From NCBI GenBank assembly GCA_964016885.1, contig OZ024741.1, positions 1,798,001 to 1,862,000 of the forward strand: a stretch of DNA of 64,000 nucleotides, given 5' to 3'. The notes beneath the pieces were generated by a model. The model made no database searches, was not told the DNA's origin, and was given only the letters and a program-made list of their open reading frames with translations. Source of the stretch: Eledone cirrhosa (Eukaryota). The first letter of the stretch is position 1. Each line of letters opens with the position of its first letter. Below are positions 49,301-59,446 of the stretch, piece by piece. Made by a program: the position numbers and the translations under genes.

Positions 49301-52300
49301 CTCACCTGGCTATATTGGTATATAGTATATAGACTGGTGTTACCTCTCCCTAGTATATTGGTATATAGTATATAGTATATAGACTGGTGTTACCTGTCCT
49401 GGGTATATTGGTATATAGTATATTAGCTGATGATACCTGTCCTGGGTATATTGGTATATGGTATATAGACTGGTTTTACCTGTCTGGGTATATTGGTATC
49501 TAGTATATAGACAGGTGTTACCTCTCCTGGGTATATTGGTATATAGTATATAGACTGGTGTTACCTGTCCTGGGTATATTGATATATAGTATATAGACAG
49601 GAGGTACCTCTCCTGGGTATATTGGTATATAGTATATAGACAGGTGTTACCTCTCCTGGGTATATTGGTATATACTATATAGCCTGGTGTTACATGTCCT
49701 GGGTATACTGTTATATATTATATAGACTGGTGTTACCTGTCCTGGATATATTGGTATATAGTATATAGACTGGGGTTACCTGTCCTGGGTATATTGGTAT
49801 ATAGTATATAGAGTGGTTGTACCTCTCCTGGGTATATTGGTATATAGTATATAGACTGCTGTTACCTTTCCTGGGTATATTGGTATATAGTATATAGACT
49901 GCTGTTACCCGACCCTGGTATATTCGTATATAGTATATAGACTGGTGTTACCTGTCCTGGATATATTGGTATATAGTATATAGACTGGTGTTACCTGTCC
50001 TGGGTATATTGGTATATACTATATAGACTGGTGTTACCTGTCCTGGGTATATTGGTATATAGTATATAGAGTGGTGTTACCTGTCCTGGGTATATTGTTA
50101 TATTGGTATATAGTATATAGACTGGTGTTACCTCTGCCTTTTATATTGGTATATAGTATATAGACTGGTGTTACCTGTCCTGGGTACATTGGTGTATAGT
50201 ATATAGACAGGTGTTACCTCTCCTGGGTATATTGGTATATAGTACATAGACAGGTGTTACTTCTCCTGGGTATATTGTTATATGCTATATAGCCTGGTGT
50301 TACATGTCCTGGGTATATTGGTATACAGTATATAGACTGGTGTTACTTCTCCTGGCTATATTGTTATATAGTATATAGACTGGTGTTACCTGTCCTGGAT
50401 ATATTGGTATATAGTATATAGACTGGTGTTACCTGTCCTGGGTATATTGGTATATAGTATATAGACTCGTGTTACCTCTCATGGGTATATTGGTATATAG
50501 TATATAGACTGGTGTTACCTGTCCTGGGTATATTGGTATATAGTACATAGTCTGGTGTTACCTCTCCTGGGTATATTGGTATATACTATATAGACTGGTG
50601 TTACCTGTCCTGGGTATATTGGTATATAGTATATAGACTGGTGTTACCTCTCCCTTTTATATTGGTATATAGTATATAGACTGCTGTTAACCGACCCTGG
50701 TATATTCGTATATAGTATATAGACTGGTGTTACCTGTCCTGGATATATTGGTATATAGTATATAGACTGGTGTTACCTGTCCTGGGTATATTGGTATATA
50801 GTATATAGACTGGTGTTACCTCTCCTGGGTATATTGGTATATAGTATATAGACAGGTGTTACTTCTCCTGGGTATATTGTTATATACTATATAGCCTGGT
50901 GTTACATGTCCTGGGTATATTGGTATACAGTATAAAGTCTGGTGTTACTTCTCCTGGCTATATTGGTATATAGTATATAGACTGGTGTTACCTGTCCTGG
51001 ATATATTGGTATATATTATATAGACTGGTGTTACCTCTCCTGGGTATATTGGTTTATAGTATATAGACAGGTGTTATCTCTCCTGGGTATATTGGTATAT
51101 ACTATATAGCCTGGTGTTACCTGTCCTGGGTATATTGTTATATATTATATAGACTGGTGTTACCTGTCCTGGATATATTGGTATATAGTATATAGACTGG
51201 TGTTACCTGTCCTAGGTATATTGGTATATAGTATATAGACTGGTGTTACCTCCCCTGGGTATATTGGTATATACTATATAGACTGGTGTTACCTGTCCTG
51301 GGTATATTGGTATATAGTATATAGACTGGTGTTACCTGTCCTGGGTATATTGGTATATTGGTATATTATATATAGACTGGTGTTACCTCTCCCTTTTATA
51401 TTGGTATATAGTATATAGACTGGTGTTATCTGTCCTGGGTACATTGGTATATATTATATAGACAGGTGTTACCTCTCCTGGGTATATTGGTATACAGTAT
51501 ATAGACAGGTGTTACTTCTCCTGGGTATATTGTTATATACTATATAGCCTGGTGTTACATGTCCTGGGTATATTGGTATATAGTATATAGAGAGGTATTA
51601 CCTGTCCTGGGTATATTGGTATATAGTATATAGACTGGTGTTACCCAGTCCTTGGTATATTGGTATATAGTATATTGACTGGTGTTACCTCTCCCCGGTA
51701 TATTGGTATATAGTATATACACTGGTGTTACCTGTCCTGGTTATATTGGTATATAGTATATAGTCTGGTGTTACCTGTCCTGGGTATATTGGTATATAGT
51801 ATATAGACTGGTGTTACCTGTCCTGGGTATATTGGTATATAGTATATAGACTGGTGTTACCTCTCCTGGGTATATTGGTATATAGTATATAGACAGGTGT
51901 TACTTCTCCTGGGTATATTGTTATATACTATATAGCCTGGTGTTACCTCTCCTGGTCATATTGGTATATAGTATATAGTCTCGTTTTACATGTCCTGGAT
52001 ATATTGGTATATAGTATATAGACTGGTGTTACCTGTCCTGGGTATATTGGTATATAGTATATAGACTGGTGTTACCTCTCCTGGGTATATTGGTATATAG
52101 TATATAGACTGGTGTTACTTCTCCTGGCTATATTCGTATATAGTATATAGACTGGTGTTACCTGTTCTGGATATATTGGTATATAGTATATAGACTGGTG
52201 TTACCTGTCCTGGGTATATTGGTATATAGTATATAGACTGGTGTTACCTCTCCTGGGTATATTGGTATATAGTATATAGACTGGTGTTACCTGTCCAGGG

Positions 52301-54941
52301 TATATTGGTATATAGTATATAGACAGTTGTTCCTTCTCCCTGGTATATTTTAGTATATAGTATATAGACTGGTGTTACCTCTGTGGGTTTATTGGTATAT
52401 ACTATATAGACTGGTATATTTTATATTGACTGGTGTTACCTGTTCTGGGTATAAGGGTATATAGTATAAAGACTTGTTTTTCCTCTCGTGGGTATATTGG
52501 TATATAATATATAGACTCGTGTTATCTCTCCTGGGTATATTGGTATATAGTATATAGAGTGGTGTTTCCTCTCCTGGGTATATTGGTATATAGTATATCG
52601 ACTGATGTTACCTGTCCTGGGTATATTGGTATATAGAATATAGACTGGTGTTACCTGTCCTGGGTTTATTGCTATATAGTATATAGACTGGTGTTACCTC
52701 TCCTGGGTATATTGGTATATACTATATAGACTGGTGTTACCTCTCCTGGGTATATTGGTATATACTATATAGACTGGTGTTACCTATCCTGGGTATATTG
52801 GTATATACTATATAGACTGGTGTTACCCTGTCCTGGGTATATTGGTATATATTATATAGACTGGTGTTACCTCTCCTGGATACATTGGTATATAGTATAT
52901 AGTCTGGTGTTACCTGTCCTGGGTATATTGGTATATAGTACATAGACATGTGTTACCTCACCTGGCTATATTGGTATATAGTATATAGACTGGTGTTACC
53001 TCTCCCTGGTATATTGGTATATAGTATATAGTATATAGACTGGTGTTACCTGTCCTGGGTATATTGGTATATGGTATATAGACTGGTTTTACCTGTCCTG
53101 GGTATATTGGTATCTAGTATATAGACAGGTGTTACCTCTCCTTGGTATATTGGTATATAGTATATAGACTGGTGTTACCTGTCCTGGGTATATTGATATA
53201 TAGTATATAGACAGGTGTTACCTCTCCTGGGTATATTGGTATATAGTATATAGACAGGTGTCACCTCTCCTGGGTATATTGGTATATACTATATAGCCTG
53301 GTGTTACATGTCCTGGTTATATTGTTATATATTATATAGACTGGTGTTACCTGTCCTGGATATATTGGTATATAGTATATAGACTGGGGTTACCTGTCCT
53401 GGGTATATTGGTATATAGTATATAGAGTGGTTGTACCTCTCCTGGGTATATTGTTATATAGTATATAGACTGCTGTTACCTTCCCTGGGTATATTGGTAT
53501 ATAGTATATAGACTGCTGTTACCCGACCCTGGTATATTCGTATATAGTATATAGACTGGTGTTACCTGTCCTGGATATATTGGTATATAGTATATAGACT
53601 GGTGTTACCTGTCCTGGGTATATTGGTATATACTATATAGACTGGTGTTACCTTTCCTGGGTATATTGGTATATAGTATTTAGACTGGTGTTACCTGTCC
53701 TGGGTATATTGTTATATTGGTATATAGTATATAGACTGGTGTTACCTCTCCCTTTTATATTGGTATATAGTATATAGACTGGTGTTACCTGTCCTGGGTA
53801 CATTGGTATATAGTATATAGACAGGTGTTACCTCTCCTGGGTATATTGGTATATAGTATATAGACAGGTGTTACTTCTCCTGGGTATATTGTTATATACT
53901 ATATAGCCTGGTGTTACCTGTCCTGGATATATTGGTATATAGTATATAGACTGGTGTTACCTGTCCTGGGTATATTGGTATATAGTATATAGACTCGTGT
54001 TACCTCTCCTGGGTATATTGGTATATAGTATATAGACTGGTGTTACCTGTCCTGGGTATATTGGTATATAGTACATAGTCTGGTGTTACCTCTCCTGGGT
54101 ATATTGGTTTATACTATATAGACTGGTGTTACCTGTCCTGGGTATATTGGTATATAGTATATAGACTGGTGTTACCTGTCCTGGGTATATTGTTATATTG
54201 GTATATAGTATATAGACTGGTGTTTCCTCTCCCTTTTATATTGGTATATAGTATATAGACTTGTGTTACCTGTCCTGGGTACATTGGTATATAGTATATA
54301 GACAGGTGTTACCTCTCCTGGGTATATTGGTATATAGTATATAGACAGGTGTTACTTCTCCTGGGTATATTGTTATATACTATATAGCCTGGTGTTACAT
54401 GTCCTGGGTATATTGGTATACAGTATAAAGAATGGTGTTACTTCTCCTGGCTATATTGGTATATATTATATAGACTGGTGTTACCTGTCCTGGATATATT
54501 GGTATATAGTATATAGACTGGTGTTACCTGTCCTGGGTATATTGGTATATAGTATATAGACTTGTGTTACCTCTCCTGGGTATATTGGTATATAGTATAT
54601 AGACTGGTGTTACCTGTCCTGGGTATATTGGTATATAGTATATAGTCTGGTGTTACCTCTCCTGGGTATATTGGTATATACTATATAGACTGGTGTTACC
54701 TGTCCTGGGTATATTGGTATATTGTATATAGACTGGTGTTACCTGTCCTGGGTATATTGTTATATTGGTATATATTATATAGACTGGTGTTACCACTCCC
54801 TTTTATATTGGTATATAGTATATAGACTGGTGTTACCTGTCCTGGGTACATTGGTATATAGTATATAGACAGGTGTTACCTCTCCTGGGTATATTGGTAT
54901 ACGGTATATAGACTGGTGTTACCTCTCCTGGCTATATTTAG

Positions 54942-55091
54942 CACTAACATTACTACTACTAACATTACTACCACTAACATTACTACCACTAACATTACTA
55001 CCACTAACATTACTACCATTAACACTACTACCACTAACACTACAACCACTAACACTACTACCACTAACATTACTACCACTAACACTGCCAC
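54942..55091. repeat. 15-bp minisatellite (CACTAACATTACTAC) x10
   Basis: Ten 15-nt units read directly; the first five are near-perfect and the later ones diverge. Confidence 0.95.
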
Positions 55092-55100
55092 CGCTACTAA

Positions 55101-56290
55101 TACACTTACATTTATTCAAAAGCAAGCAACAAAGTTTATTTAGTAAGAAAATAAAGGGTAAACAAAATGAAAGAGGGTACAGGGGAAATATAGAAAAGAA
55201 AATGAGAGAAAGAAAGAAGAAAAAGAACGGCAAAGGGAACGGATGGTATCTCGGAAGAGAGGGACTGTGGGTGAGGCTGACTGGGGTTTGGGCCTAGTGC
55301 AAGAGGGCAGAAATACTGCGCCCCGTGGACAAGACGGCAAAAGCATTCCCCCGGACGATGGTCAGTGACACCCGCTGCAACAACCACCGAACCTCACAGG
55401 TCTTCTTCGTAAGACGGGCCGTCGATTCTCCGATCTTGCAGAGAAGCTAGGCAGTACGGGGTCCAAGTACTCCTGATATCTCGACTGCGACCATTGCGAA
55501 GAGGAAGCGACCGCTCAAACCCCGGTATTTGTTCATTTTAAGTCCTTCTGTTAGTGATCTACTTTGCGTCCCAGATGAGGGATCTACCTCCTTCGAATGG
55601 GAAAAGGGTGATTCCGTTGGGGCGGTCTAGGGTAGCTGGCTCCATTGAGGTAGAAAGCCAGCTGCTTCCAGGCTTCTTCTCAATATGTCGTTGAGAGAGG
55701 CGTGTCGGGGTAACCGGCCTGCCCTTTGGCGGCAAGACAGGATGCAAACCGAAGTTGTCAACAATCGCCCCGCAGCGGAATTTATGTGGCTCACACACGC
55801 GGAAGGCAAGGCGTTGTGCTACTCTGATCTAGTGTACTCATCATGAAGAAGGGTACCAGTTGATGAGGGCACCAAATTGAGCCACGCACCGCTGTTGGGC
55901 TGAGAAGCGGAGCGAAGGCAGGCGAAGCGGTGTTGGTCCAAGCCGGACTCGATTCACCTGACAGAAGACCTGCAATTGATGTCGTCCCAGTTACGTTGGA
56001 CCGTGGTATACTGGGAGAGAGAGAGAGAGACCTTCACCTGTCCAGTAGGCCAGAGCCTATTCCATCTCGTGGGCCAGGTCAGGTTCGGCCGACTGGCAGA
56101 GAACCTCGTTGACGAGAGTGCGACTAGAGGAGATAGAGGAGAGATAGGCAGGTAAATCTAGGTCCGAAACTGATCGGAGGATGAGGCCACCGAACCTCGC
56201 TGGGAGTGTTGCCTGTTGCCAGCCTCTCAAAACTGACATTGCAGATGAGTTCCGCACAACGTGCAGGGATCGTAACTTCTAGCATAGATT
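55101..56290 (-). mobile_element. Degenerate 5'-truncated CRE-clade non-LTR retrotransposon (post-RT region, zinc knuckle, restriction-like endonuclease, 3' UTR)
   Basis: Manual minus-strand translation across frameshifts: ICNV..WQQATLPARFGGL..LPAYLSS, QRNWD, SGAWLN, CEPH..CG.IVD..GLH..SC, RHASLNDILRRSL, EP..LDR-PNGITLFPF..GRSLIWD, AE..K..KY, FAMVAVEISG, LQRVSLTIVRGNA; ends at TAG 55296-55294. These motifs are characteristic of CRE-type elements. Pyrimidine-rich 3' UTR with AATAAA near 55140 and 55115. Multiple stops and frameshifts plus an internal (GA)n at ~56015-56030. Confidence 0.85.
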
Positions 56291-56446
56291 TCCCTTCACT
56301 TACTCTCGGGGATTTTACTCCTATGCAGTAGTCGTTTTAAATTCACACAAGATAAAATGAGAAAATAGAATGTGAGAAGCGAGTAGATTGATATTTCACA
56401 TAGCATTGTTAGTGTGTAGCTGAAGATAAAATTCATTGAAAGCAAA

Positions 56447-56530
56447 TTGTTGTTGTTTAGCCCCAGGAAGTCTGCGCTAATCACGCAGTAATATGATCAA
56501 AGACGTTCCAGTCTTAGCCATCCTAACTAC
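56447..56530 (-). mobile_element. Possible 3' end of a retroposon (SINE/LINE) with an (AAC)n tail
   Basis: Minus strand ends ...CCTGGGGCTAAACAACAACAA, a typical short-repeat tail. It resembles from memory a common octopus interspersed repeat (not verified). Confidence 0.35.
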
Positions 56531-56845
56531 ATTGTCCAATGTCATCTGCTTTTTATTTCTTTGACTAACTATCCTAGCAGGTCGGACGACAGAGGGCCTC
56601 CTGCCAAGTGCCTGGTGGTTGTGAAGATAAAGCTAAGATGCCATTTTAGGGCCCCATACTTGAAGTTGTAAGGGAATACTATAAGTGAATATAATGCATA
56701 AATGTGCTTGTAAAAGCGTCTTTAAGCAATTGATAGAAATGCTAAAATAGCAATTAAATGCCCCTCTAATCAAACCTAGCCTTTACACTGTAACTCGACC
56801 TGCTAAAAATAGAAGTAAATAGCATCCTTCTCTTTTAATTATGTA

Positions 56846-56946
<101 letters not shown>

Positions 56947-57100
56947 GTATTAATATGTATATATATATAAATATTATGGGTAATATCAAATAATCAATAT
57001 TATCCAATTACAAGTATAAGAGTAGCTCATAACAAATATAATACAACAGAGCCGGAATATATGCAGTATATACATATCTATATATCTATCTATCTATGTA

Positions 57101-58135
57101 GTCATCTACTACCGCCTGACCGTAGTGCCCTGCCCAAGGGAAACCCTCACCAAGATGGAGCGCGCGCTCTTCCAATTCCTTTGGAAGAGGCGGGCTCCTA
57201 TGGTGAGGAGATCCATCTGCTGTCAACACCCTTCGAAAGGAGGGCTGGGGATGCCGTGGCTAATGATGCGTAAACACGCATTAAGGCTACGGCACCTCTA
57301 CGTATTCCTCACCGGACAACCGGTGTGGGCCTCGTTTGTGAGACGAACCTTTCCCAGACGCGTCTCACTCACCGAGCTGCAATCCTGGGTCAAGCAAAGA
57401 CCGAGAAAACTGGGCGCCTGGCACACTGAGTGTGCCCAGGCGCTCACCGCCCTCTGGCAGGCGGATCCGGTTATCAGTGGAGACTCCACCGCAACATTCT
57501 ATAGAGGGCTGGTACGCAGCAGGTGCGACGACGCCCTCGGAGAAGCCCTAGACATGGAGGAGGACGAACTGGCCAGCCTGTTCGGTAGGACATTCAGCCC
57601 GGGACCTATGGACAACTTCCAGAAGTCCCTGGCCTGACAGTGCTACCGAGGAGCTTTACCCGTTCGAGAAAGGCTCTACAGACACGGGCGCCCGGGTAGG
57701 GACCCCGCCAAAAAGATCTGTCCCAGATGCGTGTGCGACGAGGAAACCGTTGCACACGCATTGGTACACTGCTCGGGCGTAGCCGATCTGTGGGGCTATG
57801 TCGAACAACTGCTGTCAAGGGTGGGACCGATCCGGTTGACCACTGAGTCTATTGTAATGATCAAGCCGCCTCCCCCCTTCAAAGATGAAGCAGAGGCGGT
57901 GTTTCTGTGCGTAATAGCCATGGCGAAAGAGGTTGTATGGTGGACGCGTCTGAAAGGACTGAGGTCAGGCACCTTTCTCTCTGGCCAACAACTGGTCCAT
58001 TTCTTCCGATATCATTTCGGAAGAAGGATCAGGATGGAGAGAGAGGTGCTGCACCCCAGTCGTTTTTATGAAAGGTGGGTGAAAGTGGCGAGAATGGCCC
58101 GTGTGAATGGGCCTTCTCTTTACATAAGCCTGTAG
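57101..58135 (+). pseudogene. Tx1/L1 ORF2 C-terminal fragment (post-RT region plus CCHC zinc finger), interrupted by one in-frame TGA
   Basis: VIYYRLTVVPCPRETLTKMERALFQFLW...KSLA*QCYRGALPVRERLYRHG...ICPRCVCDEETVAHALVHC...SLYISL*. ORFs 57125-57637 and 57731-58135 are in the same frame; the TGA at 57635-57637 probably replaces a Trp codon. Confidence 0.88.
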
Positions 58136-58455
58136 GTGGAGGGGAGGAAGGAACGAGGGAGCACCCCCTCTCTGTGCTCCTGAGGAAAAGGGTTGCACAC
58201 TTTTTTCGGGGGTGTGTGCGACCCCCCAAGGCGCCTCCTCTCTATTGAGGATTTTGTTATAAATTTTATTTTTTGTTATATTTTATAACAAAATCCTGTA
58301 TTGAGGATTTTATTATAATTCTATTTTTTGTTATATTTTATTTTATTTTTATATATTGTTATTGCCTCCTCCCTATTGAGGACGCCTTGTTTTGTAAACT
58401 CCCCCCCATTGTACTTGTCCCACTTTTGATGCCCTTGTGGCAAATAAAAGAAACA
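57101..58455 (+). mobile_element. 5'-truncated L1/Tx1-clade non-LTR retrotransposon with 3' UTR, A-rich end and candidate 10-bp TSD
   Basis: ORF2 C-terminal motifs (LFQFLW, KGGLGMP, CPRC-x8-H-x4-C zinc knuckle). Ends ...GCCCTTGTGGCAAATAAAAGAAA. TATCTATGTA flanks both sides (57091-57100 and 58456-58465). Confidence 0.88.
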
Positions 58456-58490
58456 TATCTATGTATCTATGTATACATATATATATATAT

Positions 58491-58773
58491 ATAGAATAAC
58501 TTTCACCGTATTTTTTTGCTAAAGAAATTTTAGCCTGATAATGGGGTTTAGAACCCCCAGATAAATGGAAAAAGATGAGTATTGACGTTCATGGGAGTCG
58601 AACCCACACTTTGGTTATCCAGACTGGTAGCACAGAGGTCTGGATAACCAAAGATGTGGGTTCGACTCCCATGAACGTCAATACTCATCTTTTTCCATTT
58701 ATCTGGGGGGTTCTAAACCCCATTATCAGGCTAAAATTTCTTTAGTAAAAAAATACGGCGAAAGCTATTCTAT
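58491..58773. repeat. Long near-perfect inverted repeat: arms 58491-58624 and 58638-58773, 13-nt spacer
   Basis: Manual alignment of the reverse-complemented left arm to the right arm shows 3 substitutions and 2 single-base indels over ~135 bp. Confidence 0.95.
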
Positions 58774-58816
58774 TTTCTAATTTCAAACCTGCTCACTGTT
58801 TCAAAACATACTTACT

Positions 58817-58818
<2 letters not shown>
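58625..58818 (+). mobile_element. tRNA-derived SINE-like element, slightly 5'-truncated, followed by (TA)n
   Basis: TGGTAGCAC (A-box/D-arm remnant), GGT-CTGGATA-ACC anticodon-like hairpin, T-arm GTGGG-TTCGACT-CCCAT containing the Pol III B-box GGTTCGACTCC. The body recurs at 60879-61026. Confidence 0.7.
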
Positions 58819-58874
<56 letters not shown>

Positions 58875-58877
58875 CTA

Positions 58878-58960
<83 letters not shown>

Positions 58961-58988
58961 GTATATATATATATATATATATATATAA

Positions 58989-59080
<92 letters not shown>
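58819..59080. repeat. Compound (TA)n/(TC)n microsatellite with a duplicated composite unit
   Basis: (TA)n-ACTA-(TC)n-TT-(TC)n-TG occurs twice, then (TA)n. Confidence 0.95.
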
Positions 59081-59083
<3 letters not shown>

Positions 59084-59345
59084 CCATCGCCACAACGAAA
59101 TAACTGCCATCTGATTATGGTTCCAAGAAAGCCAAAACTTAAAAATCGGCACTGGTCATCGGTTGGTCATCGGCCCTGGTCATTGAGTTGGTCTTCTGTG
59201 GTGTGGAGAGGGAAACATTCTAGGTACAGATCCCATGGTGCAATCCCTTGTTCCGGCATGGAGGGGGGAGGCTTTGGACCCCTGTTTCAATGATCGTTCT
59301 TCTTACTACAGCTCCAATGTCAACTAACTACAGTTTTCTGTCTTA

Positions 59346-59446
59346 CTACAACTATATTACTACCCTCGTTACTATAACAACATTAGTACCTCCGTTACTA
59401 TAACAACTATATTAGTACCCCCGTTACTATAACAACATTAGTACCT
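59346..59446. repeat. Short minisatellite of alternating ~29/26-bp units (ATTAGTACCYCCGTTACTATAACAAC)
   Basis: CGTTACTATAACAAC occurs three times, with ATTA(G/C)TACC four times. Confidence 0.8.

Larger units (their letters stand above)
1..54938. repeat. Large tandem satellite array, 43-bp monomer, ~1,270 copies, single orientation, open at the left window edge
   Basis: Read directly: GGTATATAGTATATAGACTGGTGTTACCT(G/C)TCCTGGGTATATT (43 nt) repeats head-to-tail to ...CTCCTGGCTATATT at 54938. Two major variants (ACCTGTCC / ACCTCTCC); occasional 42-, 44-, 50-, 51- and 19-bp monomers. Copy number estimated as length/43. Confidence 0.99.

Noticed and set aside
11499-52949. Sixteen Tyr/Ile/Thr-rich ORFs inside the satellite
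   Set aside because: The 43-bp period cycles through all frames; ORFs appear only where point variants remove the recurrent stops. Useful only as duplication markers.
1-54938. CRISPR-like look (constant part, variable part, short palindrome)
   Set aside because: No unique spacers: the variable part is point variants of one sequence. No cas genes; eukaryotic context.
54876-55233. Mucin-like (TTNIT)n, poly-Val and (SGSNV)n ORFs
   Set aside because: Translations of a 15-bp minisatellite that happens to be a multiple of 3; no independent gene evidence.
58621-58628. AGACTGGT at the palindrome tip is identical to part of the satellite monomer
   Set aside because: An 8-bp match created by the arm/spacer junction; expected by chance.
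58625-58672. Possible tRNA gene
   Set aside because: T-arm and B-box are present, but the acceptor stem and 5' D-arm are absent and it runs into a repeated body, so SINE head rather than tRNA.
59104-59152. Hammerhead-ribozyme-like string TGCCAT-CTGATTA-TGGTT..AAGCC-AAAAC..GGCA (also CTGATAA-TGGGG..CCCC at ~58535)
   Set aside because: Core CUGANGA/GAAA and the cleavage triplet each need substitutions; not supportable without an Infernal search or an intact paralogue.
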